A DNA stretch of 64,000 nt from Octopus sinensis (Eukaryota): contig NW_021833065.1 of the NCBI RefSeq assembly GCF_006345805.1, forward strand, positions 434,001 to 498,000. The letters are read 5' to 3'. Every line of letters starts with the position of its first letter. Position 1 is the stretch's first letter. This document shows positions 39,248 to 51,085 of this stretch, in pieces. A program made the position numbers and the translations under genes. Under the pieces are notes generated by a model. The model did not search any database. It was not told the origin of the DNA and was given only the letters and a program-made list of their open reading frames with translations.

Positions 39248-40897
39248 AATGTTAGAGAGATGAGTGTTGAAGAGGCAGCAGATGGAGGCTTAACAAGGAA
39301 GATAATAGATGAGGGACTATGTACATGCATCACACATTCTGGTTTCCACACCTATCACCATATAAGCTTGTATTATTTCCAGCAAAGTGATCAAGGAAGA
39401 AATAATTGGGATGTATTGATTGAAACTATCTATAACTATTCTATTTCTTCATTTAAGAATGCTTGTTCAAATATCTCCAACAACTGGATGTATCCACAAT
39501 TTATGAACCTAAACTTCATTGATAATTTTATTTTAATATTTTTTTTTGATGATATCTCATGAAGATCAAATAACCCAGTTTATACCGTTAAGCTCAAAAC
39601 TAGGCTACATGTAATATAGTAAAAAGCTCATTAATGCAATATTTACAATATTCTTATTACAATGTTATTAGAAACATGTATTAGTCTTAAATAGCTTACA
39701 TACCACATTCCTAATATCTAGAATAGTTTCTGTTTACTAAGATGAGTCAAATATTTCCTGGTCTTGATTGACACAAAGTAACATTTTTAATTATACTCTT
39801 GAGAAAGATATAAACATTACAATATTGCATTTCGCCTTCCTAAAATATATACCCTTTGGTAAAAATATAACAGGGCTTTTATGTGCTTGCCCGGTTAAAA
39901 ACAGCAGCCAATTCTCTCTCAAAGCATACTCTACTACATTAAAAAAAAAAGATTTTGACCCACTAGGGTACAATCACCATCATCATAGTTTAACGTCCGC
40001 TTTCCATGCTGGCATGGGTTGGACAGCTTGACTGAGAACTGGTAAGCCAGGAGGCTGCACCCAGCTCCTATCTTATCTGGCTAGGTTTCTACGGCTGGAT
40101 ATGTGCCACCAGCATGGGACCAGTCAGGCAGCACTAGCAAAAATATAAAACTGGGCTCATGCACTTGGCTAGAATACTGTACTGTTAGTAGTAGAAAGAT
40201 TTCTAGAAAAAAACACCTGATCCAACAATAAAAACACATTCCACTTACACTTTATATGGTTAAATGAATGTAAAACAGTAAAAATAAAAAAATATACTTA
40301 ATCCTATTCCACACACAAAAAAACTGGTAGTAATGCAAAGAATACAAGCATGCAATTAGAATTTAGTATTTTGCCTAAAATTATTCAAATGTTGCAACTA
40401 TTTTTTTTTTTACCAAAGCTTTAATGCATTTTACTGTGCTATTCTGAGTAATTTTGGCAAATTTTTACATTTGAATTGTTAGAACACACAAATAGTTTCA
40501 ATGTGAAGCAAATACAAAGTTATGTAGCACAAAATATGAATAGGTTATCAGTAATGTGAAAATTGTAACTTCACAGTTATAGCTCAATTAGAATGACAAT
40601 TTTTTTTGACTAAGTCAATTTTGCAACAATGCTATTTCTTTTGACTCTGAAAATATTTATATTCAATTCAACAAAATTTGAAATCAGAGCACTGAAGCAC
40701 AGAAGACAACAATGAAGCACCAAATCTTGAATATCAGCTGGGTAAAATCTAGAATATAAGGAAACATGACAGCAACAATTTGTCTACAACCAAAGTGACA
40801 ACACCATTTTCTCTCTTCTTTGCTCAAAGAAAAGACAAGGCATGAAATGTTAGATCCCTTACTCTTCACAGCAATTAAAAGTCAAATTTTTACTTAC

Positions 40898-41053
40898 TAG
40901 TACTGAACATAGATGTGTGATCTACATTACGACCAAGTTGAACATCAGAGAGTGTCATTAAATTGATGTTTCTTATTAATGGCTCAAACTGCCGACTCTG
41001 AGGCCAATCAGATTTTCCAACACGGATTTCTATATTGGAGCACATATGTGAAC
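40898..41053 (-). CDS. XNDC1N: XNDC1N-like protein exon 3
   Basis: ccttag acceptor; GSHMCSNIEIRVGKSDWPQSRQFEPLIRNINLMTLSDVQLGRNVDHTSMFST; gtaagt donor. Confidence 0.9.
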
Positions 41054-41178
41054 CTAAGGATTAGAAAGAAAAGCAGTGAAAGGAGCTTTGCATATAATTC
41101 AATGAAGGAAAATAATAGTAACTCTCGTTTTTGGATTTGATTTGCAAGATTCTTTATGTGAGTTCGTGTGTTGAAGCA

Positions 41179-41442
41179 TATTCTGTTGTGTCTGGGGGGA
41201 GTCATTCTCTTTTGGTGCCTTATAATTTAACACACTCAACGGTAAAATTTCCACTTATTTCTTTTTTATTTTTCTAAAATTTTTGTTGCATCTTGCAACC
41301 TTTTCAATAGTTTTGAAAAGGTTGCAAGACGCAACAAAAATTTTAGAAAAATAAATAAAGAAATAAGTGGAAATTTTACCAGTGAGTGTGTTAAATTATA
41401 AGGCACCAAAAGAGAATGACTCCCCCCAGACACAACAGAATA
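41179..41442. repeat. Near-perfect palindrome, ~130-bp arms, 5-nt spacer
   Basis: Arms 41179-41307 and 41313-41442 around tagtt. Confidence 0.9.
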
Positions 41443-41939
41443 CTAACACTTATATCTGTGTAAGTGGGTAGAAAACAGATAATAGCAATTGTAATAACAT
41501 TAGGTATAAAAGAACAATAAGATATTGAAATATAACTTAGGAAATATTTAATTAGCATTGATATTTGAAATTAAACACTTATTTTCAAAATTTTAAGAAT
41601 GAGAGCAAACATTTTGGATTCTTGTGTAATGGAATTACCATCTATTAAAGATACAGAGATAAGTATGCAAGATGGAAGTGCATATTGTCAGTCATTATAT
41701 TCGTTATCTCTTTGCATTTATTCAGTTTGAGCTGGTTGTTAATTTTTGGCTTGTGTTAGCTTTTCATCAAAATAGCCCTTTTTTACATCCAACAAAGATG
41801 CATTGAGGCAGAAGACCAGGTTATCCATACCCCACAATTCTGAGAAGTACAGGAAATCAACAGACAGATAGCATCCATTACCAGTTGTTTTCAGAGAGGC
41901 CTAATATATCTATGGACATTACTCTCATGTTTCTTCAAT

Positions 41940-42385
41940 CATCATCATTTAACGTCCGCTTTCCATGCTAGCATGGGTTGGACGGTTCAACTGGGGTCTG
42001 GCAAGCCCGAAGGCTGCACCAGGCCAGTCAGATCTGGCAGTGTTTCTACAGCTGGATGCCCTTCCTAACGCCAATCACTCCGAGAGTGTAGTGGGTGATT
42101 TTATGTGCCACCGACACAGGTGCCAGACGAGGCTGGCAGACGGCCATGCTCGGATGGTGTTTTTTATGTGCCACCGACACAGGTGCCAGACGAGGCTGGC
42201 AGACGGCCACGCTCGGATGGTGTTTTTTATGTGCCACCGACACAGGTGCCAGACGAGGCTGGCAGACGGCCACGCTCGGATGGTGTTTTTTATGTGCCAC
42301 CGACACAGGTGCCAGACGAGGCTGGCGAACAGCCACGATTGGATGGTGTTTGTTACGTGCCCACAGCACGGAGGCCAGTCGATGT
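41940..42385 (-). mobile_element. RTE 3' UTR copy with a 4 x 63-bp tandem array (42103-42354)
   Basis: (cat)n tail; unit atgtgccaccgacacaggtgccagacgaggctggcagacggccacgctcggatggtgtttttt starts at 42103, 42166, 42229, 42292. Confidence 0.9.
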
Positions 42386-43055
42386 AACAAAAAATAAAAA
42401 TCATGTTAAGTGTCATTTTAAATTTACACTAATATAGGAAATTTAATAGAACATATGATTCTGTACAGTTGTGTTAGGAGCATAACTTGAGTATGTTATG
42501 CAAGGATAAAAACATAATGTGGAACAAAATTTTGATAGAAAGATATAATGAAAATAAATGAATGACAATGCATGTGAGAAAATAAAGGGAATGAAAAAAA
42601 TGTGTTAATACAGAATTAAGGCTATAAGGGAAATATTTTTATCAAGATGCACATTCTGTTACAAATGATTAGTAGAGATGCAAATACAGGAAGCACTGTC
42701 CTAGTTTTATTGTTGAACTTATGCCAACATGGACATTCAGTGATGAAGATGAATGTTATTATAATTAATTCTTCCAGCAATTGGTGTGAAAAAAATTAAT
42801 TTTTTTTAGAGACCTTTTAATTTTTACACAGTACATACAATCTATTTTCAGAGTTGATCTGTTGTCAGAAAGGTAAACCAGCTTTAAGAGCCAAGTTTCC
42901 ACTATTTGAATGAAGATAAAGGGATGAAGTGAAGAGAGCAGATTTTTCTAAATTATATTCTGTACTCAAGTTGTTCCCATTGATTGAAATAGATAGAACT
43001 ATTCAGTTAAAATAGGTAAAAAAAAAATGATTGTCAGAACCAAAAATAGTCTCAC

Positions 43056-43194
43056 CAATATCTAAATACGATATCACAGATGCTTGATCCAACTGAAATA
43101 CTCCTTCCATTATTCCAGTTCTATCTTTGGGATTAGACAGCCATTTTTTGAAACATCCATCCTTTAGAAGGTTTTGCACGGAATGGGTTTCATC
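43056..43194 (-). CDS. XNDC1N: XNDC1N-like protein exon 2
   Basis: ctgcag acceptor; DETHSVQNLLKDGCFKKWLSNPKDRTGIMEGVFQLDQASVISYLDI; G|gtgaga donor. Confidence 0.9.
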
Positions 43195-43981
43195 CTGCAG
43201 AAATTGAAGAAAACAATACTATTTATATACCTTATTTTACCTTCTAATTTTTTCCTAGCATTCAGATGATTTCACCAGAACTACACCTATGTTTATTTCT
43301 TTTGTTATATTCAGGAAGCTTGCATCTAGAAAGCTTTTTATGGTTATTTCAAATTTTCGTAAGACAGCTATTTCTTTTCCAAAGTTGATGATATTGCTTA
43401 TCTTTTTCTTTCATTCCAGTAATCCTGAGAACAAACTCAGTAATTTATTAATATTTTCTCAAAAGAATCTTATGAATTCTGTATAATGATTTCATATTTT
43501 ATCTTTAAAGGATTGCAAAAGATATGACCATTGCTCCTTTACTGCAGACTAAATATAATCAAACAAAATGTGCATATTATTAAGAGATCCTGAGGTCTCA
43601 TTAAAGAATGACAACTGGTTCATTTAATCTCCATCCCATCCAAAAAAAAAAAGTTTTCATAGGTCTAAGTGATAATCTCACCATATGTATTAAAAAGAAT
43701 GTACTTTAATTATGGTACAAAATGAAAGCCAAAACCACATTCTTGTATATGATTCAAATACAAATGTATGATTTCTTAGTTACTTTTTCCAATTTCAATT
43801 TAATTTTCTCAAAGAATGCATCCTTTTTAATTTATATTTCTTTTCGACTTTTCTTTTATGGTATCAACAAGTCTACTATGCCTGTGCCTTGAGCCACTCA
43901 TTTCATCACAATATCACTTATTCAATAGGAAAGCAACAATCCAAATCACTTTAAAAGCCTATGGTAATTGTCCATAGTATT

Positions 43982-44370
43982 ACTCTTTTACTTGTTTCAG
44001 TCATTTGACTGCGGCCATGCTGGAGCACCGCCTTTAGTCGAGCAAATCAACCCCGGGACTTATTCTTTGTAAGCCCAGTACTTATTCTATCGGTCTCTTT
44101 TTTTGCCGAACCGCTAAGTAACGGGGACGTAAACACACCAGCATCGGTTGTCAAGCAATGCTAGGGGGACAAACACACACACACACATATATATATATAC
44201 ATATATACGACAGGCTTCTTTCAGTTTCCGTCTACCAAATCCACTCGCAAGGCATTGGTCGGCCCGGGGCTATAGCAGAAGACACTTGCCCAAGATGCCA
44301 CGCAGTGGGACTGAACCCGGAACCATGTGGTTGGTTAGCAAGCTACTTACCACACAGCCACTCCTGCGCC
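43982..44370 (-). mobile_element. SINE family B
   Basis: Near-identical to 16716-17124. Confidence 0.85.
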
Positions 44371-45434
44371 TATCCTAAGAAATTTTCAATAAATTATAGA
44401 GTGATATTAATAAATATGTGGTATTTGTAATTTTATAAATAAATAAATAAAAATTGACCTGCTCGCTTAGCCAGCGGTGTGGCGTCATTTGAAGGCTAAA
44501 ACAATGCGAAGCGCATTGTGACTAGCGATGTGTAGCAACATCTGATAGCCTGGTCAGTCACGGTGACGGTGATAAATATAATTAGAAATTCAATGGTCAA
44601 TTAGATGACAGAAAGTCTCTTGTTTGATTTTACCGAAGATGTAATGCTTTAGAACTATTGATTCATCAACCTATACTTGGGCTTACTGATCAATGAACTT
44701 ATTGTATACATTGCTCTGGTGCGCTACAACTCGTCAGAAAAAGTAACCAAAACTGCATGAACAGAACATAGAATATGCACAGGAAGTGAACAGTGAAATA
44801 AGTATTTAAAAAAAAGGGGTTTGAAGGGTTTGACAGTTAAAAAAACATGTAAGTACTTCCTTGTTTACGTATTTTAGTTAACGGACCATTCTTTCCTTAT
44901 CGTTATTACGGTTCTTAAATTACATTTCTACTCAATATATTCCAAAGTGGCAAATATTTTAAAGCAATCAATTAAAAGAATTTAAGGCGATCTTTCGTCT
45001 CTAGTGGACCTTTCCGTCGATTTCCGTAATTTTTTTTTTTTTTTTACATATGGGCTTGCGGGAACTTTTGAAGTAATATACATACATATATACATACACC
45101 GAGTAAAAAATTTCAGTTATCTCTTTCTTTCACGCATTACTCTGTCTCTTCACACACACTAACGAATTTAAATTATTAAAGTGTGAATAATTCATTTAAA
45201 CAACAAAATAAACATTCTTTCGACATTTAAGATACCAATATCGAAAGAATGCCATAAAATAACTTTAATACCAAATTATCAAACATGTTAAACAGTTTGA
45301 CGGAAACACTTCTATCAAAATATACACTTATTCAGATATTAATTAATAAACTTTTATAAACAGAAATTAATATATATCTCATTAAAATTCACAACAGAAT
45401 ACAGTACATATAAAATAACTTTATATGCTCATAC

Positions 45435-45482
45435 CTGAGAAGTAAAACTCACAACATACTTCAAAGCGACATGTCGCGCCAT
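45435..45482 (-). CDS. XNDC1N: XNDC1N-like protein exon 1 of 9 (529 aa total)
   Basis: MARHVALKYVVSFTSQ|gtatga, matching the VVSFSSQD start of XRCC1-N/XNDC1N domains; all nine exons join in phase (1590 nt). Confidence 0.9.
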
Positions 45483-45779
45483 ATTTAATTTTGGCGCTAG
45501 TGTAGGGAGCGGTTTGTACGATAATTTGCATTTTTTCTCAGAGGGAGCCTTCATTGCTTGAATTACTAAAGGAAATATCAGGACAGCTTTAATTCTCTGA
45601 AACGAAAGTTTTCGGAATGATAAAACGATATATTCTGGCATATTTTATTTTAGAATAAAGACCAGGGTTTTACTCTTTATTCTAAGCGCACAATTTTATA
45701 GATTGATTTATATGGGACCTAATTTAACCGCAACAGACTAGCATAAATACAATTATGCAACCAACTGTTGCATAATTTC

Positions 45780-45885
45780 CCAGAAGACAAATTTTAGATG
45801 GTGTAGATTACGATGTAATTACATCTGGTGTCCCACAGGGATTTGTGCTTGGTATGTTGTTACATGTTGCATATATTAGTGATCA
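45780..45885 (+). mobile_element. CR1/L2-type RT fragment
   Basis: tctggtgtcccacagggatttgtgcttggt = SGVPQGFVLG, followed by YISD. Confidence 0.6.
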
Positions 45886-46064
45886 AATAGTGGGCAGTAC
45901 AGGCAACGAAAAACTGCAAGTGTTCTTATCAATGTTTTGGAGGTTGAAAAGCTTGTTTCTTCTCGTATTCACCAGTTAAAGTAATATGAATATTCCTATT
46001 CTGAGGATGACAGAGAAAGAACAGGGAGCTATAGTGGCGTTGAACATCTGAAAAGAAATACGAA

Positions 46065-46546
46065 AGCGGCTAACCGGCTTCCGTGCCAGTGGCACTTAAA
46101 GGGCACCATTCGAGCATGATCGTTACCAGCGTCGCCCTACTGGCACTTGTACCCGTGCTAGTAGGGTGTCAAGAGCACCATCTGAGCGTGATCGTTGCCA
46201 GAGCAGCCAACTGGCTTCCGTGCCAGTGGCACGTAAAAGGGCACCATTCGAACGTGATCATTACCAAAGTCGCCTTACTGGCACCTGTGCTGGTGGCATG
46301 TGTAAAAGATTTCGAGCGAGGTCGTTGCCAGTACCGCCTGACTGGCCCCCGTGTCGGTGGCACGTAAAAAGCACCCACTACACTCTCGGAGTGGTTGGCG
46401 TTAGGAAGGGCATCCAGCTGTAGAAACTCTGCCGAATCAAGATTGGAGCCTGGTGCAACCATCTGGTTCGCCAGCCCTCAGTCAAAATCGTCCAACCCAT
46501 GCTAGCATGGAAAGCGGACGTTAAACGAGGATGATGATGATGATGA
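46065..46546 (+). mobile_element. RTE 3' UTR copy with diverged ~60-bp repeats
   Basis: Repeated tggcacgtaaaag(g)gcacc units; (gat)n tail. Confidence 0.85.
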
Positions 46547-47431
46547 TATAATTTAACAGTTTGTATGCGATAATAGTAATGAAGTTATTATATACAGTGC
46601 TCAGGTGCACTACAACTCACCAGAAAAAGTAACCAAAACTGCATGAACAGTAGATAAAATATGCGCAGGAAGTGAATAGGGAAAATTTTTTTTTTTGCAA
46701 AAGAGAAGAAACGGGGATGGAGGTTATTAAGTGTACTGTTGGCAAATTTCAGAAAACATGAATGTTTTGAAGTAATGACAGTTGCTATTGTTTTGTGATT
46801 TTTAGCAGCTAGCTAGTTTCAACTGTCATGACCATCATCCTTGTCAGTGTCATCTACTGGTCTTGACTGCTGCAACCATTGCTCACTAGTGGTTAAATGC
46901 ACTATATATATAGCTGATATCTTTCAAAAAAGAGGGCACCAAAAAGTGAAATTGTTAATGATATTCTGCTCTGCCAGAGATTTGAGTGGTCAGTTCTTTG
47001 TTGTCATCATCAATTATTGAGCAAATTGCAATTGTGTTGTTTAGTTACATTTGCATTTTGATACAGTGGTCTGGGGTTCAATTCTTAGGTAGTGAGTTGT
47101 TGTTTGGGACTCTACCAAATATTTCCTTTATAGGAATCTTTTGCTAGTGAAATGAATGGTAATGGTGAATTGCAAAATTAAAAAGATTCTGGAAATGCAG
47201 AGGTAAAGTGTGTGCTGCAATATGCATTAGAAGGGATGACTGCAAGACTAAGAATGCTGGTTAAATTGCATAGATGGGTAGCAGGTGATCTAGCTGGAAA
47301 GAGCTGGAGTACTAACAGAAGATGTTTCCTATGTACAGTGCAGTCCTGTCTGATATGTGAAATACTGAAGTGCAAAAATCCACATAGCTCATAATGTGCA
47401 AAATATCATTGTAGTTGAATATTAGACCAGA

Positions 47432-48243
47432 ATCATCATCATCATCATTGTTTAATGTCCGCTTTCCATGCTAGCATGGGTTGAATGATTTGACTGAGGA
47501 CTGGCGAACCAGATGGCTGCACCAGACTCCAATCTTGATCTGGTAGAGTTTCTACAGCTGGATGCCCTTTCTAACGCCAACCACTCCGAGAATGTAGTGA
47601 ATGCTTTTACGTGCCACCAGCATGAGGGCCAGTCAAGCGGTACTGGCAACGGCCACACTCAAATGGTTTTTTTTACGTGCCACCTGCACAGAAGCCAGTC
47701 CAGTGGCACTGGCAACGACCTCGATCGAATGTTTTTCACATGCCACTGGCACAAGTGCCAGTAAGACAACGCTGATAATAGTCATGCTTGAATGGTGCTT
47801 TTTACGTACCACTGGCATGGAAGCCAGATAGCCACTCTGGCAATGATCACATTCGGATGGTGCTCTTAGCGCTCCACTAGCACAGATGCCAGTCATCGAA
47901 TTTGATTTCGATTTCGGTTTCACTCGCCTCAACAGGTCTTCGCAAGCAGAGTTTAGGGTCCAATGAAGGAAAGGTACATATAAGTGGGCTGGTTACACCC
48001 CTGGCATAGACCACGAGGTTATGGTCTCATTTGGCTTGCCAGGTGTTCTCAAGCACAGCATATTTCCAAAAGTCTCAGTCATTGCCTCGGTGAGGCCTAA
48101 TGTTCGCAGGTCATGCTTCACCACTTCATCCCAGGTCTTCCTGGGTTTACCTCTTCCACAGATTCCCTCAACCACTAGGGTGTGACACTTTTTCACACAG
48201 CTATCCTCATCCATTCTTGCTACATGACCATACCAGCGCAGTC
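47432..48243 (-). mobile_element. RTE LINE 3' end (RT C-terminus + UTR)
   Basis: MDEDSCVKKCHTLVVEGICGRGKPRKTWDEVV; (cat)n tail. Confidence 0.85.
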
Positions 48244-48884
48244 ATAATTGTAAAAATATTAGGAAAGAAGACCTGATTTGAGAATACATGCATGTATGTG
48301 AGTCAGTTTTATGTAGCCAGGTTGTAGAAGGGCTGTTGTTTGAGCCAATTTTTAGCAGTCAATGCTGACCAATTCTTTTTAAGATGAACAACAAGGAGAA
48401 CAAGATGAAGAAGAACATGCCAACTGGTTGTGTTGGTGGGTACTGATCATGTTGCAGGTGGAGTACTGGCATCTGAGTTGTGTTGTTGAAATTGCTTATT
48501 GTGCTGGGAAACAGCACAGTGGTTTTGAGACACAGTCACTTGCATGTCAACAAGAATGGTTGTAGTTCAGGTGAGGCTATGATGACAGTAAAATATCAAT
48601 GAAGGAGAAAAGATTCTCAGAGGCAGTTCAGCCATACATTGGTGGTTCATTGGAAGTTAAAAAGCTTGGCTAAAATACTCATTCCTTCTCAGGGCTACCA
48701 ATTTCAGTGATATGAATATTTCTATTCTGGTGACAATAGAAAAAGAATAGGAAGCTGTAGTGGAAATAAATAACTGAAGAAATAGGGAAGCTCAATTTAA
48801 ATAGTTTTCAACACTTTGCATAAGATCTTATGTTAGTAATGACAGTAGCAATTGTCTTGATAGTCTAGCAGGTAGCTAGTTTAA

Positions 48885-49095
48885 CCCTTTAACATTCAGA
48901 TTACTGTCAAATTTTATGCTTATTTATTCACATTCTTTTGAATTAATCATGCATTACCTTGTAGTTTTGATGTGCTTCTTTATTTTTAGAATGGCAGATA
49001 TTGTAGGATATGTGTGAGAGGCCAGATCTGGCCAGTTTGAACATAAAACAGATAGAATATTTGGGCCAGATACGGTCAGTTTAACTGCTACAAGG
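48885..49095. mobile_element. piggyBac-type MITE
   Basis: TTAA|ccctttaaca ... tgctacaagg|TTAA; absent from the paralogous segment at ~46820. Confidence 0.7.
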
Positions 49096-49384
49096 TTAAG
49101 CTGTCATAACTATCATCATCATCCACTAGTCCTGAGTACTGCAGCCTCTATCTGCTAGTGGATAATTGCACTGTGTATATAGCTGATGTCTTTCAAAGAA
49201 GGCACCAAAAATTGAAATTGTTAATGACATTCTGTTCTACCAGATTTGAGTGGTCAGTTCTTTGCTGACATCATCAATCATTGAGCAAATTGTGATTGTA
49301 TTTAGTTATTTATGCATTTCAATAGTGATCTGGGTTCAATTCCTAGGAAGTGAGTTATTGTTGAGGACTGTGGCAAATAATTCT

Positions 49385-50260
49385 GCATCACATACATTAA
49401 TGAGATGGATGCCAGCTTGATGCATGTTACTGTATTAAAATACACAGATGACATTACATTGTACCTTGAGATAAAAAGATCAGATTCTATACACTAAAGA
49501 TATTTCTGGCAATATTGGACACTATGTAGCTATGGATTGCTGACTGTAGACAAGTGCACTATTATACATTTTGGGAGGGAAGAACTGGAGTTTGCCTACT
49601 CTCTCCACGACAGACCTTAAGTTTGCTAATGAACATGACCTAGGCATTATTGTCAACAATGATTTGTGTTGGAAAAACCACATTTACAGTTTGCATCTCC
49701 AATTTGGAACCTCCATCTTGGCCAGAAAATTGATTTGGTATGGTAGCTGTCTAGAAACCTGAATGTATTGTTTTTATGTGCATTAATACACTAAAGTTTT
49801 GATTCTAGTAGATGAATTGGTAAAAGCCCATAAAATTATCCACCATCATTCCAACTTTGGCCACCTTTTAGAATTCAATACCCCTAAAACTCATGAACAT
49901 AATTACAAATGTTTAAAAAATCAACAAAGCACCAATGGACTTCTAGAAACATTGTCACACAATTATTGAAGCATGGAATAAGTTACAAATATCAGTTATT
50001 AGCTGTCAGGAACTATCCTTCAAAAATTCCATGCTTCCTAAAATTTGCTAATATATCTATGCACCCTTTCCTCTTTACAACTCTTTTAATGTTCACTTTT
50101 CTGCATTTTCCTGTGTATTGTGCATGTAGTTCTAGCTTTCATTGCTGTCTTTCTTTACTAGACTTCTGTCTATTTCCTGTCCCCTCTTTTAATCTTTTAT
50201 TGATGAGTTGTGGTGCACCTTAGAACTGTATACAATAAGCTCATCATTATTATTATTATT
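49385..50260 (+). mobile_element. Decayed CR1-type LINE 3' region
   Basis: YINEM..KYTDD, DLGIIVNNDLCW; 3' UTR gttgtggtgcacc followed by an (att)n tail. Confidence 0.7.
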
Positions 50261-50261
50261 A

Positions 50262-51085
50262 AGAAGGAAGCAAGCTGGCAGAATCATTAGCATACTGGAC
50301 AAAATTCTTAGTAGCATTTTGTCTGCCTTTATATTCTGCTAAGGTCAACTTTGCCTTTATCTTTACAGGGTTGATAAAATAAGTACCACTTGAGCATTGG
50401 GGTCGATGTAATAAACGTCCCCACCACTCAGGATTGCTGGCCTGTGCCAAAATAAAGGATTATTATTATTAAGGTGTTGAGGTGGCGGTATCAGTATGTT
50501 GGACGAAATGCTTAGCAGCATTTCTTCTGACACATTACACTGAGTTCAAATTTCAATAAGATCAACTTTGCCTTTCATAACTCTGCCAGTCAATTAGTAG
50601 GGTCAATGTAATCAATTGATCCTTCCCACTAGTCTTGTGCCAAAATTTCAAATTTACTAAGGCTGAGCTGGTAGAATTGTTAGCATGTACAAAATGCTTG
50701 GTGACATCTTTTTCACTTCATTACATTCTGAGTTCAAATTCTGCTGAGGTTGACTCTGCCTTTCATCCTTTCGAAGTCAATAAAATAAGTATCAGTCAAG
50801 TAGTGGGGTCAATGTAATCAAGTTCACCCTCAACCCAAATTTCAGGCTTTAAGCCTATAGTAGAAATAATTATTATCATTATAAGGTAGTGAACTGGCAG
50901 AATCATTAGCATAGACAAAATGCTGGTGATATTTCTTCCAGCTCTTTATGTTCTGAGTTTAAATTCTGCCGAGACCAACTTTGGTTTTCATTCTTTACAA
51001 GCCAATAAAATAAATACCAGTCAAGTATTAGAGTTGATTACATTGACTTGCCTGCTCCCCTCAAAACTGCTGGCTTCTGCCAAAA
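50262..51085. mobile_element. Cluster of four SINE family A copies (one minus, three tandem plus)
   Basis: Heads at ~50471, ~50659 and ~50883, each followed by gagtt(c/t)aaatt and the central domain; minus copy at 50262-50455. Confidence 0.75.

Noticed and set aside
42103-42354. Regular repeats resembling a CRISPR array or repeat protein
   Set aside because: No unique spacers and the context is eukaryotic; 63-bp units inside an RTE UTR explain the repetitive ORFs in several frames
24216-45482. Calling the gene XRCC1
   Set aside because: No BRCT repeats visible; motif detail fits XNDC1N better
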